A DNA stretch of 64,000 nt from an uncultured Gaiellaceae bacterium (GTDB lineage Bacteria; Actinomycetota; Thermoleophilia; Gaiellales; Gaiellaceae). A program made the position numbers and the translations under genes. The first letter of the stretch is position 1; each line of letters starts with the position of its first letter. The notes below the pieces were generated by a model. The model saw nothing but the letters and a program-made list of their open reading frames with translations. It ran no database searches and was not told the origin of the DNA. Positions 41,925 to 51,183 of the stretch are shown piece after piece. The stretch spans positions 550,122 through 614,121 of the forward strand of contig CAWETB010000015.1 in assembly GCA_963811885.1 (NCBI GenBank), read 5' to 3'.

Positions 41925-42940
41925 CAGCGCGAGGGCGCCGTGGCAGCGACGAACTCGCGGCGCAGGAAGGCCGTGATCTCGTCGATCGACTCGTCGCTCG
42001 AGAAGCCCGCCGCCTGCCGGTGGCCGCCGCCGCCGGACTCGCGCGCGATCGCCGAGACGTCGAGCTCGTCGTGCGAGGCACGCAGCGAGATCCGGCGCGC
42101 GGGCGTGCCGCCCCGCGGCGGCTCGCGGATCAGGGCGGCCATGTCGGCGCCCTCGACGGCGCGGAGGAAGTCGATGATCCCTTCCGAGTACGGCTCGACC
42201 GCGCCGACCTCGCCGAAGTCGTCGCGGAGCAGGTACGAGACGACGAGGCCGCCGCCCTCGTACACCTGAGCCCGCTCGAGAGCGCGCGCGAGCAGCTTCA
42301 GCTTCGCGAACTGCACGCTCTCGTAGACACCCTGGAAGACCTTGTGCACGTCGGCGCCGGCCTCGACCAGCTCGGCCGCGAGCCGCAGCGCCTTCGGGGT
42401 CGTGTTCGCGTACTGGAAACGGCCGGTGTCGGTCACGAGCGCGACGTAGAGCGGCTCCGCCAGCCCGGGCGTCAGCTCGATCCCGAGCTCCCGGATCACG
42501 TCGCGCAGCACCTCGCCCGTCGACGACGCCGCCGCATCGACGAGGTTGACGTCGCCGAACCGCGAGTTGTCGTGGTGATGGTCGATGTTGACCGTGAACG
42601 GGGCCGAGTGCAGCGCCGCCGCGTCGGCACCGAGCCGGCTCTCGTTCGCCGCGTCCACGGCCACGAGCGTTCGCTCGGCCGCGTCGTCGGGAAGCTCTCG
42701 GCGCAGCTCCTCGAGCGGCAGAAACCGGTACTCGCCGGGCAGCGGCGCCGGCCCGGGCAGGAACATGAGGCTGTCCTTGCCGAGCGCTGTCAGCGCCAGC
42801 TGGGTCGCGAGCAGCGAGCCGAGCGCGTCGCCGTCCGGGTTCTCGTGCGTGGTGACGAGGAAGCGGTCGGCGCCGCGGATCGCCTCGACGACCGCCCCGA
42901 GGTCAGCCTGCGTCGTCGTCTGGTCCGGGAGCGAGCTCAT
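41924..42940 (-). CDS. nrnA: DHH/DHHA1 family phosphoesterase (NrnA-type oligoribonuclease / pAp phosphatase)
   Basis: HENPDGDALGS, NIDHHHDN, GGGGHRQAAGF. Sits in the conserved position after rbfA. Confidence 0.88.
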   Translation of the reverse strand: MSSLPDQTTTQADLGAVVEAIRGADRFLVTTHENPDGDALGSLLATQLALTALGKDSLMFLPGPAPLPGEYRFLPLEELRRELPDDAAERTLVAVDAANESRLGADAAALHSAPFTVNIDHHHDNSRFGDVNLVDAAASSTGEVLRDVIRELGIELTPGLAEPLYVALVTDTGRFQYANTTPKALRLAAELVEAGADVHKVFQGVYESVQFAKLKLLARALERAQVYEGGGLVVSYLLRDDFGEVGAVEPYSEGIIDFLRAVEGADMAALIREPPRGGTPARRISLRASHDELDVSAIARESGGGGHRQAAGFSSDESIDEITAFLRREFVAATAPSR

Positions 42941-43259
42941 CGATCAGTTTTGACATCCGCACGCCGTGCTCGACCGCGTGATCGTATTCGAACGTGAGCG
43001 TCGGAGTCCGTTTCAGCCGCAGCTCGCGCGCGATCCGCGACTGGAGCACGCCGTGCGCCGCGTCGAGCCCGGTCATGCTCTTGTTCCGCTTCTTCTCGCC
43101 GCCGAGCACGCTGACGAACACGACCGCCTGCTGCAGATCGGGGGACGTGTCGACGCCGGTCACGGTCACGAATCCGATCCGAGGGTCCTTCAGCTCGAGC
43201 AGCGCCTCCGACAGGACCTGCCGGAGCGACTCGTTGACTCTGCGCATCCGGTCGGCCAT
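42903..43259 (-). CDS. rbfA: ribosome-binding factor A
   Basis: MADRMRRVNESLRQVLSEALLELKDPRIGFVTVTGVDTSPDLQQAVVFVSV. 118 aa; ATG at 43259 inside ORF 42903..43577. Confidence 0.92.
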   Translation of the reverse strand: MADRMRRVNESLRQVLSEALLELKDPRIGFVTVTGVDTSPDLQQAVVFVSVLGGEKKRNKSMTGLDAAHGVLQSRIARELRLKRTPTLTFEYDHAVEHGVRMSKLIDELAPGPDDDAG

Positions 43260-43285
43260 GGATCTACCGTAGCGACGAGCCGCGC

Positions 43286-43588
43286 TCAGTCGTCGTCGAG
43301 CGTGACGAGCTCGCGTTCGACCTGCCCGAGCTCCCACTCGCGCGAGGCCAGGTACCGCTCCGCGTCGGCGAGCAGCCGCTCCGCCTCGGCGGCGTGGCGG
43401 GTGACGACCGCGACCGTCAGCCGCGTGCGCTGCCAGACCTCGTGATGGTCGACTTCCGCGACCGCGGCGCCGAAGCGGTTGCGCAGCTGCTCCTTCGCGG
43501 AGCGCACGGACATCCGCTTCTCCTTCAGCGAATGCGCCTCCGGAAAGTGCAGTTCCGCCGCCAGGATTCCGACCCATCCGCTCGCCAT
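43286..43588 (-). CDS. DUF503 (YlxP-like) protein
   Basis: GILAAELHFPEAHSLKEKRMSVRSAKEQLRNRFGAAVAEVDHHEVWQRTRL matches the DUF503 pattern. Sits in the classical slot between infB and rbfA. Confidence 0.82.
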   Translation of the reverse strand: MASGWVGILAAELHFPEAHSLKEKRMSVRSAKEQLRNRFGAAVAEVDHHEVWQRTRLTVAVVTRHAAEAERLLADAERYLASREWELGQVERELVTLDDD

Positions 43589-43640
43589 GGGGTTATTCAA
43601 CCCTCAACGAGAGGGCGCGAGTTGCCGATCACTGGCCGAC

Positions 43641-45236
43641 ATGACTCACCTGCTCCGGTTTTCCGTGGTCCTGGTGGCATTCGTCGCCAGCGTCGCCGGC
43701 ATCACCTGGACGACCGCCTCGGCGGAGCGCCATATCGGCACGCGCGAATACTCGGAGCGCGAGGCGGCCGGCGGAATGCTGAACGCCCTGCTCGCGCGCG
43801 AGAGCGCCCTGCGCGGCTTTGCCGAGTCGGGCGGCGAGGGCTTCCTGCAGCCGTACGACGAGGCGACGGCCGCACTCGCGGCCGCCGCGGACCGCGCGCG
43901 CTCCTTCGCCGAGGACGACGACGAGAAGACCGCGACGATCGCCGACCAGGAGCGGATCGCCGAGCGCTGGGCCGGAATTGCCAACGACGCGGTGATCCGG
44001 ATCCGGAACGGACGACCGGTCTCCGCCGTCTCGACCGCCTCCCGCAACGACCTGATCGAGCGCTTCGAGAAGGCGAACGACAAGCTCGTCGAGATGATCG
44101 AGGCGGAGAGCGCCCAGCGGCACGCCGACGCGGTCGAGCGGGCCGTGCTCCTGATCGTCCTCCTCAGCGTCGCGTTCGCGGGTGTCGGCGGGCTCCTGCT
44201 GAGCCGGATGCGCCAGCGCGAGACGCAGCGGCGACTCGCGGACGCGCAGTACCACGCCTCTCAGCGCGAGTTCGCGGAGACGCTGCAGGTGACCGAGAAC
44301 GAGGGTGAGGCGCATGCGCTGGTCAAGCGGCACCTGGAGCGCTCGCTCGGTCGCTCCGAGATCGTCGTCCTGAACCGGAACAACAGCCAGAACCGGCTCG
44401 ACGCGGCCACGCCCGTCCCGCTCGGCAGCCTGCTCGCCGAGAAGCTCGTCGACTCCTCGCCCAACTCGTGCCTCGCCGTCCGGCTCGGCCGGACGCACGT
44501 CCAGTCGACCGACGACGAGCCGCTGCTCACATGCGACCTCTGCAGCCAGCACAGCCGCACGACGTGTGTCCCGTCGCTGGTCGGCGGCGAGGTGATCGGA
44601 TCGGTGCTCGTCGCCCACGAGCGACCGTTGAGCGCCTCCGAGCGGGGCCGGATCGACCAGTCGGTCAGCCAGGCCGCGCCCGTGCTCGCCAACCTCCGCA
44701 ACCTCGCGGTCGCCGAGGTCCGCGCCGCCACCGACGCGCTCACCGGCCTGCCGAACGCGCGCAGCCTCCGCGAGAGCCTCGTCCGCATGGTGGCGCAGGC
44801 GGCGCGGTCGAATCTCCCCCTCTCCGCAGTGCTCTGCGACCTCGACCACTTCAAGCAGATCAACGACGTCTTCGGGCACGAAAAGGGAGACCAGGCGCTG
44901 GCCGCGGCGAGCGCCGCGCTCAGGTCGGCGCTCCGCGAGAGCGATCTCGCGGGCCGCTACGGCGGCGAGGAGTTCCTGATCCTGCTCCCGGACACGCCGC
45001 TCGAGGGCGCCGTCGTCCTGGCGGAGAAGCTGCGCAACGAGGTCGAGCTCGTGAGCGTCCCCGGCGTCGACCGCGCGATCACGGCCAGCTTCGGCGTCGC
45101 CTCCTTCCCCGCGGACACGCCGGACGGGGACATGCTCGTGCGGATGGCCGACCGCGCGCTCTATGCCGCGAAGGCGCTTGGACGGAACTGCGTGGTCACG
45201 TCGGCCGAGCTGCTGGCCGCGTCCGCGGGAAGCTAG
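43641..45236 (+). CDS. diguanylate cyclase with an N-terminal CHASE3-like periplasmic sensor, TM helix and GAF-like domain
   Basis: TM MTHLLRFSVVLVAFVASVAGI; CHASE3-like ...LLARESALRGFAESGGEGFLQPYDEA...; second TM; GGDEF domain DALTGLPNARSL...DLDHFKQINDVFGHEKGD...RYGGEEFLILLP. Intact. Confidence 0.9.
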   Translation: MTHLLRFSVVLVAFVASVAGITWTTASAERHIGTREYSEREAAGGMLNALLARESALRGFAESGGEGFLQPYDEATAALAAAADRARSFAEDDDEKTATIADQERIAERWAGIANDAVIRIRNGRPVSAVSTASRNDLIERFEKANDKLVEMIEAESAQRHADAVERAVLLIVLLSVAFAGVGGLLLSRMRQRETQRRLADAQYHASQREFAETLQVTENEGEAHALVKRHLERSLGRSEIVVLNRNNSQNRLDAATPVPLGSLLAEKLVDSSPNSCLAVRLGRTHVQSTDDEPLLTCDLCSQHSRTTCVPSLVGGEVIGSVLVAHERPLSASERGRIDQSVSQAAPVLANLRNLAVAEVRAATDALTGLPNARSLRESLVRMVAQAARSNLPLSAVLCDLDHFKQINDVFGHEKGDQALAAASAALRSALRESDLAGRYGGEEFLILLPDTPLEGAVVLAEKLRNEVELVSVPGVDRAITASFGVASFPADTPDGDMLVRMADRALYAAKALGRNCVVTSAELLAASAGS

Positions 45237-47204
45237 GCAGCCGGCGCCGGCGTGGTGCCGGCGGGCTCGTCGAGCGACGTCCGCTCGACCTGGCGCGTCT
45301 CGTACGCCTCGAGGACGTCGCCTTCCTTCTCGTCGTTGAAGTTCTCGAGCAGGATGCCGCACTCGAAGCCCTCGGCGACCTCGCGCGCGTCTTCCTTGAA
45401 CCGCTTCAGCTGCGAGATCGTCGTGTCGTAGATGACGGTGCCGTCGCGGACGACGCGCACCTGCGAGTTCCGCCGGACGACGCCTGAGGTGACCATGCAG
45501 CCCGCGATCGTGCCCAGGCGGGAGACCTTGAAGAGCGCGCGCACCTCGGCCTCGCCGATGACCTCCTCGGTCTGGACGGCGGAGAGCATGCCGACGAGCG
45601 CCTGCTCGATGTCCTCGGTCAGCTGGTAGATGACGCGGTAGGTGCGGATGTCGACGCCCTCGCGCTCGGCGAGCGCGCGCGCCTCGGCGTTCGGCCGCAC
45701 GTTGAAGCCGACGACGAGTGCGTTCGACGTCGAGGCGAGCATGATGTCGCTCTCGGTGATCGGGCCGACGCCCTGGTGGATCACGTTGACGCGCACCTCG
45801 GGGTGGTCGATCTTGGCGAGCTCGGAGACGGCCGCCTCGACGGAGCCGCCGACGTCGCCCTTCAGGATCAGGTTCAGGTCCTGGACGGCGCCTTCGCCCA
45901 GCTGCGAGAAGAGCGTCTCGAGCGAGACGCCGCCCTTCGAGCGCTGAGCGAGCTGCTCGGTGCGGAGCCGCTGGCCCCGCCGCTGCGCGAGCGTCCGCGC
46001 CTCGCGCTCGTCCTCGACCACGCGCGCGAACTCGCCCGCGGGCGGCGGCGCGTTGAAGCCGAGGATCTCGACGGGGGTGCCGGGCCGTGCCTCCTTGACC
46101 TTCTCGCCGCGGTAGTCGTGCAGCGCGCGCACCTTGCCGTACGCGTCCCCGGCGACGATCGCGTCGCCGACGCGGAGCGTGCCGCGGTGGACGAGCATCG
46201 TCGCAACCGGGCCGCGGCCGACGTCGAGGCGCGACTCGATGATCGGGCCGGAAGCCTCCGCGTTCGGGTTCGCCGTCAGCTCGAGCTCGGCATCCGCGAC
46301 GAGCAGCACCTTCTCGAGCAGGTCGTCGAGGTTCGTCTTCTGCTTCGCGGAGACGTTGGAGAACTGCACCGTCCCGCCCCAGTCCTCGGGCTGCAGGCCC
46401 TCGGCGGCGAGGTCGGCCTTGACGCGATCCGGATTCGCATCCGGCATGTCCATCTTGTTGACCGCGACCACGATCGGCACGTCGGCGGCGCGGGCGTGCG
46501 AGATCGACTCCTTCGTCTGCGGCATGACGCTGTCGTCGGCGGCGACGACGAGGACGGCGATGTCCGTCACCTTCGCGCCGCGGGCGCGCATGGCCGTGAA
46601 CGCCTCGTGGCCCGGCGTGTCGAGGAACGTGATCTTGCGACCGCCGACATCCGCCTGGTAGGCGCCGATGTGCTGGGTGATCCCGCCGGCCTCGGTCTCG
46701 ACGACGGCCGCCTCGCGGATCGCGTCCAGCAGCGTCGTCTTGCCGTGGTCGACGTGGCCCATGATCGTGACGACCGGTGGGCGCGGCGCGAGATCCTCCT
46801 CGGCGTCCTCGAAGACCTCCGGCAGCTCCTCCTCGTCGGCGGCGTGCTTGATCGTGATCTCGCGGTTCAGCTCGGTGCCGACGAGCTCGACCTCTTCGTC
46901 GGAGAGCGACTGCGTGATCTGGACCATCTGGCCGAGGCCCATCATGATCTTGATGATCTGCGCCGCGGGCACCCCGAGCGCCTGCGAGAGATCGCGGACG
47001 GAGACGCCCGACGGAACGGTCGCGGGACCGGTCGGCGGAGCGACCTCCTGCTTCTCGCGCTTCGGGCGTCGCGTCGGTGCGGCCGCGCGCCTGGCGCGGG
47101 TTCGGGCGGTTGTTGCCGCCCTCGATCACGACACGGCGCTTCCGTCCGGGCGCGCCCTGGCGGGGCCGGATCGGGCGGTTCGGCTTGTTCGGTCCGTCAG
47201 CCAT
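45233..47204 (-). CDS. infB: translation initiation factor IF-2 (one frameshift near 47060-47068)
   Basis: [30 protein letters not shown]...[47 protein letters not shown], then the G domain [28 protein letters not shown]. The main part is ORF 45233..46972. Confidence 0.96.
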
Positions 47205-47457
47205 CAGCGTCCAATTCTAGAGGGTGTGTGACGACCCGCGAGAGACCGGGGTCGACCGTGACGTTCTGCCGCAGCACGCGGTTGAACGCGCGCCGCGAAA
47301 GCGCCCGCTCGAAGCAGGCGAGCCGTCGGCACGTGTAGACGCCGCGTCCCGGCTCCGTGCGGCCGCTGACGAGCACTCCGTCGCGGGCCGCAAAGCGGAC
47401 GAGCTCCTGCTGCGGCGCCTTGCGCCCGCAGCCCGCACAGGTGCGTTCCGGCGTCAC
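47197..47457 (-). CDS. ylxR: YlxR family RNA-binding protein (DUF448)
   Basis: [62 protein letters not shown]. The GTG at 47457 overlaps the restored nusA TGA (GTGA). Its stop overlaps the infB ATG (ATGGCTGA). Confidence 0.85.
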   Translation of the reverse strand: MTPERTCAGCGRKAPQQELVRFAARDGVLVSGRTEPGRGVYTCRRLACFERALSRRAFNRVLRQNVTVDPGLSRVVTHPLELDADG

Positions 47458-48912
47458 GCAGGCGTCTCGTCCTCCTGGCGATCCGCGGCGAGCGGCTCGT
47501 CGGCGGCCTCGGCGGGCGTCTCGACCGGACTCGGCCTCGTCGGCGACCTCGGCCTCGACCTCGGCGACCGGCTCGAGCTGCTCCGCCTCCTCGGGCGTCG
47601 CGACCTCCTCGACCGCCTCGGCGGGGACCTCCGGGGGCTCCTGGCCGACGAGCGCCTGGTGCGCGGGCACGCCGCAGTAGCGCGTGCCGGCGAGGGACGC
47701 GTTCGGGCAGCGCTTGCCGTTCGAGAGGATCGCGGCGCAGCGGCCGGAGAAGTCGCCGGCCTCGCCGTCGCCCTCGCCGGCGCCCGCGAAGGCAGCCTCG
47801 GCCTCGGCCGCGGCGAACTCCTCGTCGGACTGGATGTCGACCTTCCAGCCGGTCAGGCGGGCGGCGAGGCGGGCGTTCAGGCCCTCCTTGCCGATCGCGA
47901 GCGCCAGCTGGTCGTTCGGGACGACGACGGTCGCCTCCTTGGTCTCGTCGTCGATGTAGACCTCGCGCACGCGTGCGGGCGAGAGCGCCTTGGCGACGAA
48001 CCGGGCCGGCTCCGTGTTCCACGGGATGATGTCGATCTTCTCGCCGCGCAGCTCCGAGACGACCATGCGGACGCGCGAGCCACGAGGGCCGACGCACGCG
48101 CCGACCGGGTCGACGCCCTGGGCGTGCGACTCGACGGCGATCTTGGCGCGGTAGCCGGGCTCGCGGGCGACGCCGCGGATCTCGACCAGCCCGTCTGCGA
48201 TCTCGGGCACCTCGAGCTCGAAGAGCGTCTTGATCAGCTCGGGATCGCGGCGCGACAGGATCACCTGCGGGCCCTTCGTGCCGGAGCGGACCTCGGTGAT
48301 GACGGCCTTGATCCGGGAGCCCTGCTCGTAGCGCTCGCCGTCGACCTGCTCCGAGCGCGGCAGCAGCGCCTCGACCTTGCCGAGGTCGACGAGGACGTTG
48401 TTGCGGTCGCCCGCCTGCTGGACGATGCCGGTGACGACCTCGCCCTGGCGGTCGATGTACTCCTCGTACATCATCGCGCGCTCGGCCTCGCGGATGCGCT
48501 GCTGGATCACCTGCTTGGCCGTCATCGCTGCGATGCGGCCGAAGTCGTGCGGGGTGACGTCGGCGCGCTTGATCAGCTCCTCGGGCACCTGATCCCAGTC
48601 GAGCTCGAGCTCGTCCTGGTTGATCAGGGTGTGCTGCTTCTCCCCCGTCTCCTCCTCGAGGTGCTCGAGCTCGTCGATCTTCGCCTCCATCGCCTCGTCG
48701 AGCAGGCGCTCCTCGAGATCCTCGGGGATCTCGATCGCGAAGACGCGGAACTCACCCTCCTCGTCCAGCTCGACGGTGGCGTGGCGGGCCGCGCCGGGAG
48801 TCTTCTTGTAGGCGGCCAGGAGCGCGTCCTCCAGCGCGTGGATGACGGTGTTCTCCTCGATTCCCTTTTCGCGTTCGAGCCCGCGGATGTGCTCGATGAT
48901 CTCCTGCGACAT
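47454..48912 (-). CDS. nusA: transcription termination/antitermination factor NusA with Cys/His-containing acidic C-terminal extension (one frameshift near 47524-47531)
   Basis: MSQEIIEHIRGLEREKGIEENTVIHALEDALLAAYKK, S1 (GEVVTGIVQQAGDRNNVLVDLG), KH1/KH2 (VGACVGPRGSRVRMV, LAIGKEGLNARLAARLTGWKVDI). The extension carries GRCAAILSNGKRCPNASLAGTRYCGVPAH. The restored tail ...[23 protein letters not shown] ends at TGA 47454-56. Confidence 0.94.
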
Positions 48913-48922
48913 TGCTCTTCTC

Positions 48923-49351
48923 CTACTGCTCGTAGACCAGGTTGCCCCGGACGACCTGGTCGTACGGGATCTCGACGGTGTCGTCGCCCGAACGGACGAC
49001 GACGGACTGCTGTCCGGCGCTGACGACCTCGCCCTTGAGCTTCTTGCGCTCGGGCGTGCGAAGGGTGACGGTGCGGCCGATCGCGTTGCGGAAGTGCTCG
49101 GGAGTGCGGACGGGGCGCTCGATTCCCGGCGAGGAGACGTCGATCGCGTAGTCGCGCTGGTACTCGCGCAGCACGTCGGTGACGCGCGCGCAGAGCGCGT
49201 GGTCGACTCCCTCGGCGTGGTCGATGAAGACGGTGAACCGATCGGGGTTCGACAGCTCGACGGCAAGCACCTCGACGCCCGGCAGGGCCGTCTCGACTTC
49301 CCGTCCGATCTGCTTCGTCAGTGTCCGCTCCTTCTCGTGCGTCGCGCTCAA
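48923..49351 (-). CDS. rimP: ribosome maturation factor RimP
   Basis: FTVFIDHAEGVDHALCARVTDVL, IDVSSPGIERPVRTPEHFRNAIGRTVTL. TTG start preceded by GAGGGAG. Confidence 0.88.
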   Translation of the reverse strand: MSATHEKERTLTKQIGREVETALPGVEVLAVELSNPDRFTVFIDHAEGVDHALCARVTDVLREYQRDYAIDVSSPGIERPVRTPEHFRNAIGRTVTLRTPERKKLKGEVVSAGQQSVVVRSGDDTVEIPYDQVVRGNLVYEQ

Positions 49352-49368
49352 TTCGTGACTCCCTCAAC

Positions 49369-49393
49369 AAAAATGGGCGCAGCGCGCCCATTT
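49369..49393 (-). terminator. intrinsic terminator/attenuator hairpin immediately upstream of rimP
   Basis: aaatgggcgc (49371-80) and gcgcccattt (49384-93) form a perfect 10-bp stem with loop agc. On the minus strand it is followed by TTTTTGTTG. It lies 18 nt upstream of the rimP start and downstream of the EamA stop. Confidence 0.7.
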
Positions 49394-49447
49394 CGTCCAG
49401 CAGGTGAAAATGGTGCGAGAAGTGTAGCAAGCACTAGGCCGTTCGGC

Positions 49448-50267
49448 CTATCGCCGGCCTACGCGGAGCCCAGCGCCAACGACCCCCGCGACGACGAGCA
49501 CGGCCCCCGCCAGACGCCCGCGCGTGACGCGTTCGCCGAGGAACGGAGCCGCGAGCGCGACGGCGAAGAGGACGCTCGTCTCGCGCACCGCGGCGACCGG
49601 CGCGGCGGGCGCGATGCGGAGCGCGGCGAGCACGAGGACGTAGGCGAGGAAGCCGCCGCAGCCGGCCAGGACCGCCCGTCCGCTCCACTCCGCCCGCAGG
49701 CGCTCCCGGCCGCTCAGGAGCGCCGCACCGACCGCCGCCGGCAGCAGCGCGAACAGCAGGTACGGCACCGGGTTCGCGTCCTGGATCCCCTCCGCGTCGA
49801 CGAGCGTGTAGGCCGCGATCTGCGCGGCGATCAGCGAGTCCGAGCGCGACCCCGAGGCGGTCGCCGCCTCGCAGGCCGCGCACGAGCACGACGCCGGCCG
49901 CGACGGCGAGGACGCCGGCCACCTCGATCCGGCTCGGGTCGTAGCCCGTCACGACGGCGCCGAGCAGCACGAGGACAGGGGCGCCGCCGCGCGCGAGCGG
50001 GTAGACGAGCGAGAGCTCCGCGCGCTGGTAGGCGGCCGTGAGCGTCAGGAAGTAGACGAGCTCGAGCGCGCCCGACGCGACGAGCCAGGGAATCGCCTCA
50101 CGCTCGATCCCCCACGTCGCGGCTGCGAACGGCAGCGCGATCACGAGGCTGGAGCAGAGCGCGACCGCCGTCGCCGCGAGCACGTCGCGCGACCCGGCGA
50201 GGAGGAGGTTCCAGACCGCGTGCAGGATCGCCGCGCCGAGCGCGAGCGCGAGGGCGGCGCTACTCAA
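49448..50267 (-). CDS. EamA/DMT family transporter (one frameshift near 49838-49846)
   Basis: The first EamA half is in ORF 49434..50267 (AAILHAVWNLLLAGS...LVYPLARGGAPVLVLLGAVV). The second half is in ORF 49448..49768 (PYLLFALLPAAVGAALL...VAAVRETSVLFAVALAAPFLGE). Confidence 0.8.
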
Positions 50268-50721
50268 CGCCGACGAGACGCAGGATCGTGGCGACGACGT
50301 CGTCCAGCGGCGCGGTCGTCCGCACCTCGTGATCGGCCGCCCGGCGCAGCAGCGGCTCGACCGTCTCGACGTCCTCGAGGAAGCGACTGAGCTCGAGCGG
50401 TGACTTGCCGTACGGATTGTTCGTTCTCGTCTGCAACCGCTCGACCATCGTCTCGAGCGGCGCGCTCAGGAGGACGATGTGGTCGAACTGCGGGTGGAAC
50501 GTGCCCTGGTTCTCCTCGCAGCCGGCGAGGAAGAGGACGTCCGCGTCCTCGGTCGCGAGCAGCTGCCGGATCGCGTCCTCGCGCCACAGCTGGCGTCCGT
50601 CGGGTTGGACGTCGCAGAACCCGTCGTCCGTGTCGACCGCCTTGTACCCGCGCGCGACCAGCTCCTCGACGACGCTCGACTTCCCCGTCCCGGACATACC
50701 GGTGAGCAGGACGCGCTTCAC
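50260..50721 (-). CDS. P-loop NTPase / small kinase-like AAA protein
   Basis: [33 protein letters not shown]. About 153 aa at the 3' end of chimeric ORF 50260..52896. GTGA overlap with the dtd stop. Confidence 0.75.
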   Translation of the reverse strand: MKRVLLTGMSGTGKSSVVEELVARGYKAVDTDDGFCDVQPDGRQLWREDAIRQLLATEDADVLFLAGCEENQGTFHPQFDHIVLLSAPLETMVERLQTRTNNPYGKSPLELSRFLEDVETVEPLLRRAADHEVRTTAPLDDVVATILRLVGVE

Positions 50722-51170
50722 GCCCGCCCCGCGCCGACGTCGAGGACGATCGTCACCGGCCCGTCGTTGACGAGCTCGACGTCCATGCGAGCGCCGAAGA
50801 CGCCCGTCTCCACCTCGACGCCGAGGTCGCGGAGCGCCGCGCAGAAGCGCTCGTACAGGCGCTCCGCCTCCCCCGGCTCCGCCGCTCCTCCGAAGCTCGG
50901 CCGGTTGCCCTTGGCGGTGTCGGCGATGAGCGTGAACTGGCTGACGGCGAGGATGGCGCCGCCCGTGTCGAGCACCGAACGGTCGAAGCGGCCGTCGTCG
51001 TTCTCGAAGACCCGGAGCCGGGCGACCTTCTCGGCCAGCCTCGCCGCCTCGCTCTCCGCGTCGCCGGACGCCACACCGAGCAGGACGAGCAGTCCGGCGC
51101 CGATCTCGCCGGCGACGACGCCGTCGACCCGCACGGAGGCCCGGGAAACGCGTTGGATCACGGCCCTCAT
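50718..51170 (-). CDS. dtd: D-aminoacyl-tRNA deacylase
   Basis: [17 protein letters not shown]...GLLVLLGV...[18 protein letters not shown]...[15 protein letters not shown]. 150 aa. Confidence 0.93.
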   Translation of the reverse strand: MRAVIQRVSRASVRVDGVVAGEIGAGLLVLLGVASGDAESEAARLAEKVARLRVFENDDGRFDRSVLDTGGAILAVSQFTLIADTAKGNRPSFGGAAEPGEAERLYERFCAALRDLGVEVETGVFGARMDVELVNDGPVTIVLDVGAGRA

Positions 51171-51183
51171 GTCGACCCGCACT

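Noticed and set aside
43629-47204. 1191-aa minus-strand ORF covering infB and the antisense of the GGDEF gene
   Set aside because: Only the first ~45 aa (the IF-2 N-terminus) are credible. The remainder is Arg/Gly/Asp-rich off-frame sequence. The true IF-2 body is ORF 45233..46972, and the GGDEF gene on the plus strand has full domain motifs.
47197-49266. Apparent NusA-YlxR fusion protein, with an N-terminal extension over rimP
   Set aside because: Skipping one base near 47527 produces an acidic NusA tail ending in a TGA that overlaps the ylxR GTG. The N-terminal ~115 aa are out-of-frame rimP DNA. The NusA start with an AGGAGA RBS is at 48912.
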